A stretch of DNA of 61,271 bases, the filler included, from Bipalium vagum (taxonomy: Eukaryota): the NCBI GenBank assembly GCA_037834085.1. It is 3 parts of 3 records of this genome, joined end to end, with 100 filler letters (N's around TTAATTAATTAA, not from the genome) between each part and the next. Parts side by side here need not be neighbours in the genome. Positions count along the whole stretch, not along the records: positions 1 to 16,049 come from JBBMKC010130205.1; 2 more parts are not named here. The stretch is one strand, 5' to 3'. Shown piece by piece: positions 1-13,102 of this stretch (position 1 is its first letter; every line of letters starts with the position of its first letter). Below the pieces are notes generated by a model. That model made no database searches. It was not told the origin of the DNA and worked only from the letters and a program-made list of their open reading frames with translations. The translations under genes and the position numbers were made by a program.

Positions 1-10
1 TAATATGTAT

Positions 11-90
11 ACTTCGATTTAACGAAACTTTGATATAACGAAGTAATTTGATCGGTCCCTTGAAATTCGTTATATCGTGACTGAACTGTA
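11..90. mobile_element. Right terminal inverted repeat of a pogo/Tigger-type DNA transposon or MITE
   Basis: Ends ...GAAATTCGTTATATCGTGACTGAACTG-TA. The reverse complement TA-CAGTTCAGTCACGATATAACGAA resembles Tigger/pogo TIRs, and (A/T)TAACGAA repeats internally. Confidence 0.55.
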
Positions 91-289
91 AATTAGAATC
101 CACTTTAATCCACTTTGATCACGATTAACGATAATAAAAATATCATGTCTCGATTTTTTTATGTAAATTAATTAAAAATAAGTCGATTATGATTTTCAAA
201 ATTTCGGCTTGTTTTATTAAAAATTTAATTTTACTATCTAATAAAGAATTTTAAAAATTAATTATAATTGTTTAAATATATATAGGCAG

Positions 290-1220
290 ATTATCACAAT
301 TTGAAATTTATGGATTCAAAAATAAATATGAAGTATGTGAATTTGTCCGTAAATGAAAAAAAGAATTTTAAAATTCTATTACAAATTAATAATTCAACAT
401 AGTGAAGCTATTCATTCAAAGGTTTCACAACCTCGTATGTGAGCTGATAAAACAGTAGACATACTAATGCAAATATAAATCGGAAAAGAAGTTGAATCAG
501 CTTTAAAAATTTCGTTCAGAATTGTTTGTGAAAAACATGCTCCGATAAACGGGTCTATTCCGATGGCCTATTACGCAACAAAAAGCACAGGTATTTTCAA
601 AAGGTGCTGATTTTCATGCGGTCAATGATTGGATAAATAGAGCATGTTAAAAAATTATTATCGAGTAGGTACCCAAGGATATTTAAAACGCAGATGAAAC
701 GGCACTCTATTTTGGTACAAAGCCTGAACATACTTATTTAAAAATGTAATTGATAAAGAATTTCAAACTATAAAAACCGGGTGACAAATTCTTGTGCTAC
801 TATGGAAGGTGTAAAGAGATTTATTATTTATTAAAAAAAGTAAAAATCCTTAGATTTTAAAGGTTATCAACGTTTTTAAGTTAATTATGATTCTAGTCAA
901 AATGCATGATGGTTAGTGAATTTTTTAACAATTGATTGTTTAAATAGGATCTAAAGGTAACGTTGAAAATTGTCTAAATAATAGATAACGACATCGCACA
1001 TCGAATAAATGTCATTAAATTATTTACTTATCTTCGACTTCTACATAGTTAATTCAGTCATATGATCAAGGCATTAAACGAAGTTTAAAAGCTTCTTCTC
1101 GCAAAGGAATCATAAATGAACTTGAAAATCCAAATTAACGCATTGAACTGGGTATTAAAGTCGAGTAAGCATATCGCAGGGAACTCAATCATAAACTGCT
1201 TCAAAAAGAGTGGATTTTAA
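290..1220 (+). pseudogene. Decayed pogo/Tigger (CENP-B-like, DDE_1) transposase
   Basis: Frameshifted motifs PING.I (~541), ADETALY (~689), NAW, IDN..AH (~981) and IQ..DQGI (~1052). Many stops. Boundaries approximate. Confidence 0.7.
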
Positions 1221-1249
1221 AACTAGATTTTGAATTTTAATAATCTTAC

Positions 1250-1995
1250 GGTGTTGTTGCCGATATCTTTATACCAAAAAGGCAAAAACACTGTTTTGGC
1301 AACAGAAAATTTGTGTGCCGTTTATGTCTTGGATGCATTTCATGTTTGAAAAGTGTAGCGTTGGTTCTCTCGTTTTCGAGAGTTATTTGACATTTGAAGA
1401 TGATACACGTTCTGGGAGTCTGACATGCTATGATGCGAAAAATCCGTTGGTTACCACTTGAAAAATGTAAAGTGTCATACTCATCACTTGAAAAATCATC
1501 TCAAGGCTCTTGGATACACTCAAAAATTCTGCAAATGGTTTCCTCATAAGTTCATTGATGCTAATCGTATGGAAAATCGTATGGAAAATTTTGATCGCTA
1601 GTCAAAAGTTCAATCCTTTTCTCGATCGGCTTATAATCAATATATGAGAAATTGATTAAGTTCGACAATCTGGTTTGTAAAAGAATTTTGCTTATTTTAT
1701 CAACCCTTACCATCTATTGCAAAGCCAATTTTTCATGTCCATAAATAAATGTTGTGCATCTGGTTGGACAAAAGAGGCCCAGTTCATTATGAATAAATCA
1801 TCCTATAGGTGAAATCATAACTGCTGATATATACTGTGCTTAATTACCTCTTCAGTCAAAAAATCATGGACACAAGTCCAGTTTTTTAAACAGGAGAGAT
1901 GTTATTCTGCAGCACGATAATGCCAGACCTCCTGTCGCAATGATTATTCCACAAAAATTGGTGCAACTTAGCTGACAGGTTTTGCCGCATGAAAA
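1250..1995 (+). pseudogene. Decayed mariner (DD34D) transposase
   Basis: Fragments EDDTRSG, KWFPH, LDRLI, LCIWLDKRGPVHYE, VILQHDNARP and VLPH, interrupted by frameshifts and stops. Confidence 0.8.
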
Positions 1996-2631
1996 TATAT
2001 TTTTGGATTAAAATTGTTTTAAAAATATCTTGATTTGTTGTATTTTTTCTATTTCCATGAGAAAAAATAATTTGATTTTAAATATTTAATCTCACTTAAA
2101 TCTTTAAATGAATGAAATAAGATTTTCCTTTAAATGTTCAATTTTTAGTGGTATTTAATGTTTTTACATGAGATTTATCACTTTATCTTTTTGGGTTGAA
2201 AACATTCTTCTTTTTTTTTCAAATCAATCTTAATTTTTAGTTTAAATTCTTTTCAATTCTTTGTGAATCAATAAAATCGATTGAAATATTTACTCAAACA
2301 AATGACTGGTAAAATTTCATAACTCTACCAATATTGATAGTACTTTCTGAAAAAGTTAAAATTTTTTAGTAGACTAATACGAATTTTGTGTTATGCTTTT
2401 GAGAAATGCATTTTTTTAATGTTCGAAATTGATTTTCAAAAATTTTTAAAAAATCAGTTATTTTATTTATTTTCTTTTATTTTAAAAGATAACTTCGACT
2501 TATTCTTAAAAATTATTTTAAAACTATTTTTCCTCTTCTCAATCACTTAATGCTAATTATAATTATATTGTTTTTTTCAATATTTTCTTATTTATATGTA
2601 TTCAATTAACAATATTCCCTCCAATAAACAG

Positions 2632-2984
2632 AATTGGAATGGCAATTATATTATCCAATAATGTAAATGCAGTCGCGAACTCTGACCAAACTGAAAACGG
2701 TTTAAAATTCCTTTTAGAATACTTACAACTTTCATTACCGATTGATTGTCCACTTAGTGGATCGGTAACTTCTCTTATTTTACGAGAAGCTACTTTGCCG
2801 AGTAGATCGTTTTTGAAGGAGGTCTCAGAAATTTTAAAATTGAAGTCGCTAGTAACTTTATTGAAAGAAATAATTATTAACATTCCGTTAAAAAACCTGA
2901 TTCAAAGTAGTGTACACAATCTCAGTGGTAAATTGAAAAAAGCTTCGGTGCCGATTTGTGGAAACAAAACAGAAAATGAATTGG
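2632..2984 (+). CDS. RSPRY1: RING finger and SPRY domain-containing protein 1-like, internal exon A
   Basis: cag| acceptor and G|gtgagc donor (phase 1). Peptide DQTENGLKFLLEYLQLSLPIDCPLSGSVTSLILREATLPSRSFLKEVSEILKL aligns with the recalled RSPRY1 segment [53 protein letters not shown]. Confidence 0.8.
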
Positions 2985-3239
2985 GTGAGCTTTCTTTTCC
3001 AGAATCATGTTTGAAAAATAATTTTAATTTTAATTTGGTTTTATTTATTTTTTAATAATACTTTATAAATTTGAAATTTTCGACTTTATATTAGGTTGTT
3101 TCATAAGTTTGATCATTCTTCATTAACGTGTTTAAATATGAAAAATATAGCATGTGTTATCAATGAAATAAATTCAAGTTGTTTTAATTGTTTATAATGT
3201 TTATTTTATTATTCTAAATCAATCAAATAATTAGTGTCA

Positions 3240-4170
3240 AGATGACCTTCAACCGACGAAAAAATAAGATTATAGAAGGAACTAACAGCATTAATTCGGT
3301 TTTATCCTGAAACACTGGATATCATAACATGTCCGCATTGGTTTTCCAGACTTAAAGAAGGATTTCTAATTAGATAACTGCCCAACCTCGGGACGTTATT
3401 CTGATGTTAATGAGGACTTGCTACGATCAAGGAAAATCCACAGAAACTTAAACTGATATTTAGACTAAAACGAGTTTGGATAGAGTGACAAAAGTCAGTT
3501 TTTCAGACTGTCGAAAATTAGATCCGTTATTAATTGACAAATTTCCAGAAACCAGTATGACTAAAACTCTTCAAATCACTGGTTTCCAGACATCAGAACG
3601 CTTCATTTTTCGAATGGGTTGTTACTGTGATTGAAAAATTGGTTGCATACAACAATTTTAACCACAAAAGACAATGATTTTATTGTGACCAAGTCTCAGT
3701 AACAGGAGTAAAGTCTAATTTTATAGGAAAGAAATTGGTTTTGTAGGTTTTGTGGCAAATTACTGTAATTCTTCATGAACTGATACAAGTTGTCCAAGCT
3801 TTTACCGCGCAACTCTATTGTGCCAAAATTATCCTTCTCCACAAAAAAATCTCTCAGAAAAATTGGCATTGATAATCAGAAAAGAGGTGATCTTACAATT
3901 CTTTCTTACAAATTGCCAGAATGAGGCGGGCAAAAATTAAAAAAACATGATACTTGTTTACCTCATTATTTATTAGGTCATAATGTATGAAATGGATAGT
4001 AATGCAAAAAACAGCAGAGACAGAAAGATAGATCAATACTCCTTCATGATACTGCCAGACTGGACATTGCAAATTGGGCTAAATTAAAAATTCTGCAGAT
4101 TGTTTTTGTAAACATTGGTTATGCTCCTTGTTCCCTAAATCTTTCACCTGCCGATGATAATTTTCCAGAA
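3240..4170 (+). pseudogene. Highly decayed mariner transposase fragments (RSPRY1 intron)
   Basis: Remnants WFSRLKEG and EKLVAYNN, plus a YSP.L.P.D-like motif near 4125-4155. Boundaries approximate. Confidence 0.55.
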
Positions 4171-6262
4171 TTTAGAAAACTTCATATAAGGAAAAATAAC
4201 TCCATCTTAAGAGGCTGTCCAGATTGCTTCTGTGCAATTTATTAATTCTCTCAAGTAAGGGTTGATAAGAGTTGATCTCTGAACTACTGGCGAGTTGGTA
4301 GGAGTATATCATTGTTGGAGACACTTTGGTTAATTCCATAGTTCTTTGATAAGCATTCAATAATACAAGTATGGTATTAAAGCTATACATTTAATACTTT
4401 ATAACCTACTAATAGAAGAAAATATTGGTGATCGAATTTCTCCTAGCAATTTACTATTAAAATGGAATGAGGAAAATTTTTTTAAAAGAAAAAAGAAGCG
4501 AACATGGCTTGTCAAAATTTTCTCTTATGCACAAATTATTCTAAAGCAGGCTTGTGCTTAAAAAGGTTTTATTTTCAGTTTGATGGAATTGGAAATGTAT
4601 AATTGATGTTGAGTTTCTGCACACAAAAATATCATTAACTCTGTTAAGCATGATTGTCATTTAGATTGCAGTGGATTAAAATTTTCCGGAAATATTTTAA
4701 TTAAAAAGAAATGATATTTTATGATAATCACATATCAGAATGTTGATGAAATATTCTAAATCAGAATGCATATTCTTTCCACATTGTTCTTTTAAATTAC
4801 CAGCTTTTCTATTTCTTGCAGAATAGTTTAAACTAAACATTTCAGTGTTTTGAAGATATCGAAAAGCGAAAAATATTTCACCCAACATTTTACAGAATTA
4901 TTTATGGGTATCATTATGAAACTTCTTAATCAATGGAGTGCATAAAACCTTATAAATTTATGTGCTCTTTAAAAGATTTAATTTTTTTTCAAAAAGCTTT
5001 CTGATGTGCCTCCTAATAAAAAACTAATCGAATTTAATCTGAAAGTATAAAGCGTAGAAGGCAACAAATGTGGATAATTTTGACTGACAACTTGTTATTA
5101 GATATGAATGGGAAATGATCTGATATGTTTTGGTGAACTTAAAAGTAATAGTGGTCGCATTTTTCTTTAATAGAACTTGATAATATATACCTTTGACGTG
5201 ATGTCATCAGGGTTAAAATTTGGCTAAAGTGTCGCATTTATACGTTTTTTTATTTTTCTAAAAATTTTGAAACTTTGGTGCCACATGAAGCCACTTCTCT
5301 GTGATCTATCAAGACCGCTAACATATAAACTGACAGCCCTGGGTATTTTTTGTACCTTCAGTCACATGATGGATAGGTTTGAGTCGAATGGGAGAGCGGA
5401 TTGATAGACATTCTATAACTACAACATTCTATAATTAAATCAAAATGGATCCGTCATTAGTATTCATTGACGAATACATAAGTTTAAGTAATAAGTATTA
5501 CATAAATTAGAATTACATAAAAAAATATTATTTTTTTAAAATTTTATTGATAATTATCAAGTATAAAATTGAATATTGATTATTACATATAATATTTAAA
5601 AAGTCAATCAGTTTTATATAGTATTTGAAACTGATATTTTATTTTCTTTATTGGTTTTTCATTATATATTTTTAAACATCATTTTGTCTTGTATATTATT
5701 GAAAAAGTCATTTGTGAATATTTACGTGGTATGTAATAATTTTTCTTTAAATTTGATGTACTTATTTTTTTATTGAAATTTGTTGATTTATGTATTTTCA
5801 AAATCAAGTTTAGATTTTCAATATTTTTGTTACTTTTTTAAAAATCATATTGATTAAATAATTTTTTTCTTTTGAAAGATAAACATTCAATAATAATATT
5901 ATTCTCTGCTGCTATTAACTTTCTAGAGAAGATTTAGTTTTATTAAGTAATTTCATAATTTTTAATTTACTTAATTAGATTTTTCTGCTCAACAATTTTA
6001 AGAATTATTTTATTTTATTTATCTTATTATTTATTAATTTTTATAAATTTAATCCAAAGTCAATTAAGTATATGGTTTTCTCAAAAAAAAAACAGGCTAT
6101 AATTCTAATATTGATCATTATTTATTCTTATTCATTTAAAAATCATCATTATCAATTGTCATTTCTATTGTAGGGAATTTTAATTTTATTAATTCATTGA
6201 AATTTTATTTAATTATAAATATATGAAAATTATCAAAAAAAAATTCTATCAAAATTACTCAG

Positions 6263-6471
6263 GTGACTCAAATCAACTGTTCTTTTCCGTTCAATCTGAT
6301 TTGAAAGAGAGTAGTCCTCAAAAAAGGATTAAAAATGAAATCCATCAAACTTTCCTCAAGTCTCATAATGCCTGCCTAATAATCGATTGTTTGGCAACAC
6401 GCCTTTGTGGTCCCAATACTGACTATTTGCTGAATAATGACATTATAGAATTTCTTGTCATTTGCTGCAAT
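6263..6471 (+). CDS. RSPRY1: RSPRY1-like internal exon B
   Basis: tcag|GT GAC (phase 1, fits exon A) to AAT|gtaagg (phase 0). Peptide SHNACLIIDCLATRLCGPNTDYLLNNDIIEFLVICC matches recalled RSPRY1 [36 protein letters not shown]. Confidence 0.85.
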
Positions 6472-7837
6472 GTAAGGATTTTCGCATTCTTATTAATTAT
6501 AAAAATTATTAATTGAACTTTTGACGGAAAATTACATTAAAAGGTTTTTTGACAATCATTAAAAATAATCACTGAAAATTAAAGAATATAATCAATATTA
6601 TCCATAATCTTATTAAGTCATTAAGTTTTTTGGTTAATCTTTTAATTTATTATTAAAATGCAGTATTTCATACTTTATTTAAATTTAGTATTAAAATTTT
6701 ATCAATATTTGATTGTAAAAAATAAATATTTTATTAAAGTATTTAAGTTAAATACATATATTAATGAAAAAATATTTTGTTCTTTGATTACATTTAATAA
6801 ACTTTAATAAAAATTTTATTCAACGAAAAAGCCTTACTTAAACGCAATAAAATATAACTATCTGTAGATAACGAATGTGTGGTATAAAATTTTCAAAACT
6901 TCCTCTATTCGAGAAGATAAAAATAAATTCAAAATTATTTTCATTAAATAAATTCGCTTTTCAATAATAATGATTTCTACAATTAAAATTAAGCAAATAA
7001 AATTAATATTTATGGAAAATCGGTTAATAATATCAAATGAAAAGAAAATCTTTTAGAGCTACAAAAGATAATTAAATTTGAAAACCATAAAAATCAGTAT
7101 TTTTTAAAAAAATATCAAACAAGAAAATAGAAAAATCTATATTCATGTTACAACGGAAATCGGAAAGTTTTCACTCGAAAATAATTGATTGTTTTGTGTG
7201 TTGTATAAAAATTAGTAAAGTAAAGAATAATTGAACACAGAATTACTTTTTTGCCATTCAGTGAGGAGTTCCAGTTAATAAACTGCAGTATAGAAATCTA
7301 TAGTTAACTGTAAAGATATCTTCCGGACTCTAGATTTTGTGGTGTATTTACTATGTAAAAGATGCTAATACATTTACGACACAGAAAGCAGACTGCTTGA
7401 CTCTCACTTGTGAAGTACTTGTCACTTGTAAATAAAAATACGACATTTCAGTTTTTTTGCAATTATTTTCAATTTTCTTTAGACAGTTTTATTTTTGCGC
7501 CATCTTTAAACTGAAACTATTATTTCAATAAATGACACTTTAATCCAACAATGCTTTACTATGGTTAACGGTTGCCTGAATCTTTGTAAACACGAAATTT
7601 TTCTATCGGTACTCACAATATAATAACTAGAATTTAGGTACCTTTTCAAATTTTCTATAACCATTAGTAACAAAACCAATGATTATTGTGATAATTTTCA
7701 CATTCAATATATATAATATAATTTTCAAATGTTTGTAATAGATAAATTTATGAAATTATGATACTTATAATTTCTGGACGAAAATAATACAGTGAAAAAT
7801 AAATAATAAATAATAATAAAATAATACAGTAAAAATA

Positions 7838-8466
7838 CAGTGATAAACATTCGTTTAGACGCACATAAATAATTGCATATATTTCATGTCCTCTGTTATT
7901 AATAAATATAAATTTGATTTATATTAATTTACCATTAATAAATTAACCCAGAAAACTCTTTTTGTAATAAATTACTTAATATGGCTTTATATAGATTTAA
8001 AAGTGTAAAAAATTCACAGAAAAGTCGAAACATTCGTTTAAACGCATTGATGCTTTATGAATAAAAAATACTCAATTATAAATACAATTAAAGCCTGTTT
8101 AATAAGGTATATTTATTCCTTGTGCTTTAATCAAATTAAAAATTCTTTTCGGCATTGACATAGCTAAATTTTTCAATGTTGAATTGTCATTTTCACTCCA
8201 GCATTCCTTTATCTCTTTGGAGATCGAAAATACCCTGAAATTGCCTTCCATTAGCATAAACCTTGGAAGCTAATATGTCCCAAAGATTTTCCAGGGGGTT
8301 TAAATCTGGACTGCAACTTGGCCAGTCAATTAAGTAAATTTCTTTTTAAAAAAACCATGACTTTGTTATCTTTTAAACATGGATAGGAGCGTTATCCTGC
8401 TGGTAATGGAAACTAATTTCCGAAATTTGTTTTTTTTAACTGCGTCTAAACGAATGTATACCACTG
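7838..8466 (-). mobile_element. Internally deleted Tc1-like (IR-DR type) element
   Basis: TA-CAGTGATAAACATTCGTTTAGACGCA ... TGCGTCTAAACGAATGTATACCACTG-TA inverted repeats. Internal direct repeat AACATTCGTTTAAACGCA (~8029). Minus strand reads QQDNAPIH and DWPSCSPDLNPLEN. Confidence 0.85.
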
Positions 8467-9899
8467 TAAGTGTGTCGCGTTCTCCATTCTAAATTTTTAT
8501 TAGCGAATATTTTTGATATGTTGCGTCATGGGGTCTAATTAAAAATTTGAAAAAATATATTTTGAATACCCTATAATTTGAAATAACATTGCATAATAAA
8601 AATAAGGTTAAATAAAATTGATATTTAAAATAACGTGACAATAATAACACTAAATAATCATGATTTTTAATTTTTATCGTTACAAGGTAAACAATTCCAA
8701 ACAAGTTAATAAGTAGTAAAAAAATCTTTTTTCTCTGATAAAATTATTTCTTAATTTTATACTCAACATAGCGGAAAATTAAAATATTTTCAAATGAAAA
8801 TGAAAATTTAATAACAATTTTTATTTAAAGAAAATCTATCCCTGATTTAATTTTAACTTTGCAAAAAACTGTTTTCTCTTTTTCGTCAAGTATAAGTTTT
8901 TGATATAATTTCTGCACTGAGAAAATAGTTAGAATAATTTATCGATTTGAACTGCTCTGTTTTTCGATTATTGTTTAAATAGACTTCAAATTTTGATAAT
9001 GATCTTGCTTTCTAACTGTCTTTTATTGACTTGCTTTCTTATGTAGTATCTGCGGCCAGTTGTTTCCAAAAATATTTCTTTCAGACTGAAAACCGCCGCA
9101 GATTAATAGGATTAAAATTTTGACTATTCTTTAAAAATTCAAAATTTGTAAAATAAATATACTATCATAAAGATATTCTGATAAATTGTATTTAAAATAT
9201 TTCATTTACTCAAAAATTGAAAAAAATGCCTTTACAAAGTTGTCAATAAAATTATATCAGTTAGGTCTTGAATACCTTGAAAATTTTGTACATTGGCACT
9301 TGATTTAATCATCACCATCAAAATTCATAAATATTTCAAGACAATTAAAAAAAAGGAGTCTACTTTGAGTTATGAGACAGTTGCAAAAATAATGTCCTAT
9401 CTTAATTATGACATGAAGTGTCACAATTCAGATAAAAATGAACTTTATTAATCAAAATAAAAATCATGGGATGCAATGCATTTCTGCTGACGATTAATTA
9501 ATTTATTTGATTCCGGTTGCTTTTGAAGGCTACGAACTCATCAAAGTCTGCTTCAACATACCTCTTGAAAATGAATTTGTTGGCGACAAATAATTAAAAT
9601 TTTCAACTTTGTTTGTACGACGTGTAACCCTTGAAAAATAATTAGATTCTTTCTATTGATCAATACCAAGGGCTTAGAAGTTTCATAATGGCCAAACCAT
9701 TTTGCTGAACTTCATTGATTGTTCCATAGAATTTATTTTTCGTCGCATTTCATGATTCAATAAAGAGATGGATTACTGTTGATGCACCAAAAAATTAAGA
9801 TATAAATTATAGACGACGATTTTTTTGTTTATCCCTTAGGTGGTTGGGTATTTTCATATTTTTTCTTTTCAATTTGATATAAATGACGAAGTACAGTGG

Positions 9900-10352
9900 T
9901 ATGGCTATGCTGAGTTCACCTGCTAATTCTCTAATGGTTTTGATAGATACACATAGATTATATGTAGTCGGTTATTGTCAATGTCACATATAAGTTACGA
10001 TCATTTGATATTCAAGTGTCTCATCTCCCTGGCAAAAACGTCTATACCAATGTTGCACCACCGATTATTAACTGTTCATTGACCAAATACTTTATTAATT
10101 TTGCTGACCGCTTTAGTGATTTTTTGCATGATTTTTACTAGTACAAGAAAATTGTTCTAATTTGACTTTTTACATGTTCCGTTAAATCGTCTTGAAAAAC
10201 TAATAATTAATAATCATTAAAAATTATTCATAAAAAGTACTTAATGAGATTTAAGCTTTCAATTTGTAGTGAAGTATAAGCATTATATAAACAACATGCA
10301 TTTTAAAATACATTAGATAAATAAAAAATTACATTTTAGCACCAGCCTATTA
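9900..10352 (-). mobile_element. Decayed mariner 5' fragment with TIR
   Basis: TTTTAGCACCAGCCTATTA resembles the reverse complement of the mariner TIR TATTAGGTTGGTGCAAAA. HTH-region remnants (V..RWC..) lie on the minus strand. Confidence 0.45.
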
Positions 10353-10439
10353 CATTGCCAAATTTGTTTTATTCTAAATAAAAAAGTTATCTTCTATGTA
10401 AGTGTGGTGCCTGCCAGAGCGTTAGGAAAGATTCAAAAT

Positions 10440-10845
10440 TATCGTATAATCCAGTATATAAACCACAACCATAGATTAGCCGCAACTATTTTTTTCACAA
10501 AAAAACTAACTTCTTAAGATAAAGTGCGGCTTATCTTAACTCAAGATTTTTAAAGTTAAATAATAAATTAAAAGTAATATGACATTATAAATCTATAAAT
10601 TTTTTGAAAAGTTAAAATTTTTTAAATCAATATTTAAATTCTTAAAGTTATTTGAGTAACATACTAATAAAGTAAATGTTAATCAGGATTGTTACCAATG
10701 GTTATGAAAAATATTTTTACAGTTATAATCTGCATGACTGCAGATTTTTATAAAAATCTAGATAGTTCGTTCGCAATCACAAGTTAATTTTAAAAATTAG
10801 GTTTTTTGTAAGATAGGCCGTGGTTTATATACGGATTATACGGTA
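10440..10845. mobile_element. pogo-like MITE (~400 bp)
   Basis: TATCGTATAATCCAGTATATAAACCACAACC ... GGCCGTGGTTTATATACGGATTATACGGTA imperfect terminal inverted repeats, TA-flanked, no coding capacity. Confidence 0.75.
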
Positions 10846-11149
10846 ATTTAAAAATTGATAAAAATAATAAGAATCAAGTTTGTTTTTAGTATTAAATTAT
10901 TATATTGTAAAATTATTGTAAATTTTCCAATTAAAATATTGATTTATAATTTTTTTATAATTGACCAATTAAATTTTGTATCTGTTTAATATTTAATTAT
11001 TTAAATTCAGTCAATTTATTTTCATAAAAGATTTTTTCTCTCTTTAAGATAGAAAGTCTAAAAAATAGACGGAAAAAACTAAAGTAGAATTACTAATTAT
11101 GAAATAATATTAATTGTGTTACTCTAAATATTAATAATATCAATTTTAG

Positions 11150-11243
11150 CTGTCAAAAATCGATATTGATGGAAAAACGGGTTATCAGATATGGACTATC
11201 GTTTTAAGAGCCATTCTATGTTTTGAGAAATTTGCTTTAACAA
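11150..11243 (+). CDS. RSPRY1: RSPRY1-like internal exon C
   Basis: tttag| (phase 0) LSKIDIDGKTGYQIWTIVLRAILCFEKFALT then A|gtaagt (phase 1). Matches RSPRY1 TVMLFALIALEKFAQTS. Confidence 0.85.
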
Positions 11244-11315
11244 GTAAGTAATTGAAGCATATTTATTTAATAAATTAAAAATAATTATACGTATTATTTA
11301 TAAAATGCTGTCTAG

Positions 11316-11317
<2 letters not shown>

Positions 11318-11382
<65 letters not shown>
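11318..11382. repeat. (ATT)n microsatellite
   Basis: About 21 perfect ATT units. Confidence 0.95.
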
Positions 11383-11779
11383 TGAAAAATAGTTTTTCAC
11401 TAATCCGCTCATTTTTTTATTATTTGATTGCAAATCCTAAACGATTAGATATAATTTTTAAAATTTTAAGAAATAACATTAATATTGACAAAAATTATTT
11501 AAATTTATTCAAATTTGTTATTATCAAGAATTTCTAAATCATCTTCTTCCTAAACCTATTCAGTTATAAGAAACGTACTCTTTTTATGAAAATGCGTCAA
11601 TCGATTATTTATGAATTTATTTATTATTGTTCAAAATAATAATTTTCAGTATATTTTTATTTTAAACTTTACTTCATTTTCAAAATTTAACTTTTTCAAT
11701 ATGATTGTAAAACTTAATTTTATTAAGTCAAATTTTATTAAAAAATAAATGGTAACATTTTATTACATTATGCATTTTT

Positions 11780-12600
11780 GTATTTTTATGTATTTTTGTG
11801 TCCTCTGCCTGAACAAAAGTTCCTATTGATAAATCTAGAGGACTGAGAACAGTGAGTTAGGATGCCATATTGATTTATCCCAGAAGTTTTTATTTTCATT
11901 GAGCCATGCTCAGATTGCCTTTGATGTATGACATTGAGGTTCGTCTTTGGGAAAAATAATTTCAAACATGCCATCATAGTTGGCTGGAACCCATTGGAAA
12001 AATATTTCTTGCCAAATCTTCAGATAACTTTTAGTGTTTAGTTTAAAACCCTTGTTAAAAAATATTGAGGTATTTTTTTAGCATATGAAGACACCAGTCC
12101 AAAAACCATCACATGGTTGGGGTTTTTTATCTGGTTAATGGTTTCTGTGATCTGGGACATTTCTCACAGATATTTTTGAGATGTGCCTATGATTTCTATT
12201 GTTTTGAACTTTGTTAACGATAAAATATTTCTCATCAGAAATAAAAAAACGATGTCTCCTTTTGTTTTTTTCAAAATTGACCTTATTTTCTCAAATCTTG
12301 ACACTGAGTGAATTATTTAGCAACTGGTGTTTTATTATTGCTCTTGACTTTAAATCTAAGTCTTCATTAATAATTCTTCTCATTGCGGGTTCAGAAATAC
12401 CCATTTCATTGGACATTTTGCTCATTGATCTCATAGGGTTTTAACTTATCTGGTTTTTGACTTCTTTTTTTACCAAATTTGTTGTTCTTACTGTCCTATT
12501 CGTGTTTCAAGACCGTGCCAGAATTTTCTAGGTTTGACTTGATTGTATATAATATTATTTTTGATACTTCAAATATTAATGATCTCATTTACTTATTTTT
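11780..12600 (-). pseudogene. Decayed DD37D/maT-like transposase
   Basis: Minus-strand remnants NPMRSMSKMSNEMGISEPAMRRIINEDLDLKS, FISDEKYFIV, MVFGLVS and FWDKSIW.P, with frameshifts. Confidence 0.65.
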
Positions 12601-12958
12601 GGGTCGTTTATATTTTCATCTAAAATATAAAAAATTTTTAAAATAAATTAATGAAGTCCAATGATAGTTTAAATGTCAACAAATAGATAAAGCTGTGTTC
12701 TGTTTAATGAAATTGACTAATTTAAAACACTTGTTTACAATTTAATTTAATTAATGGATAATATAATACATCAAATTTTTATTCGGTATAATTATTAAAA
12801 ATTATATTAATATTTATTCTAAATTTATAAAGATTAAATGAAAGTTCATTAATAAAACCGATGAAAAATAAAATCACTGTTTAATAAAATTATAGATATA
12901 GATATTGATTATTTCTAAATTAAAGAACATTTCATATTATTATCATTATTTGATTTAG

Positions 12959-13102
12959 GAAATTGTAAAAACAAAATTTCAAACTATTTTCAAGAACTCA
13001 AAATTGATATTCCATTTGAACATTTGGAGGCACTTAGTGACAGTAAAGATATGTTGAAAAGAGAAGTTGGGTTTGTGTCACAGTGGTTATTGGATAATGC
13101 TT
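12959..13102 (+). CDS. RSPRY1: RSPRY1-like internal exon D (last exon found; SPRY and RING exons not in window)
   Basis: ttag|GA (phase 1) ... HLEALSDSKDMLKREVGFVSQWLLDNA T|gtaagg. Matches RSPRY1 [27 protein letters not shown]. Confidence 0.88.

Noticed and set aside
2370-2456. Possible upstream RSPRY1 exon (RLIRILCYAFEKC...)
   Set aside because: Phase-compatible, but the donor (gttatt) is weak and the similarity is unconvincing.
2602-2883. 93-aa minus-strand ORF
   Set aside because: It is the antisense shadow of RSPRY1 exon A, which has homology and phase-matched splice sites on the + strand.
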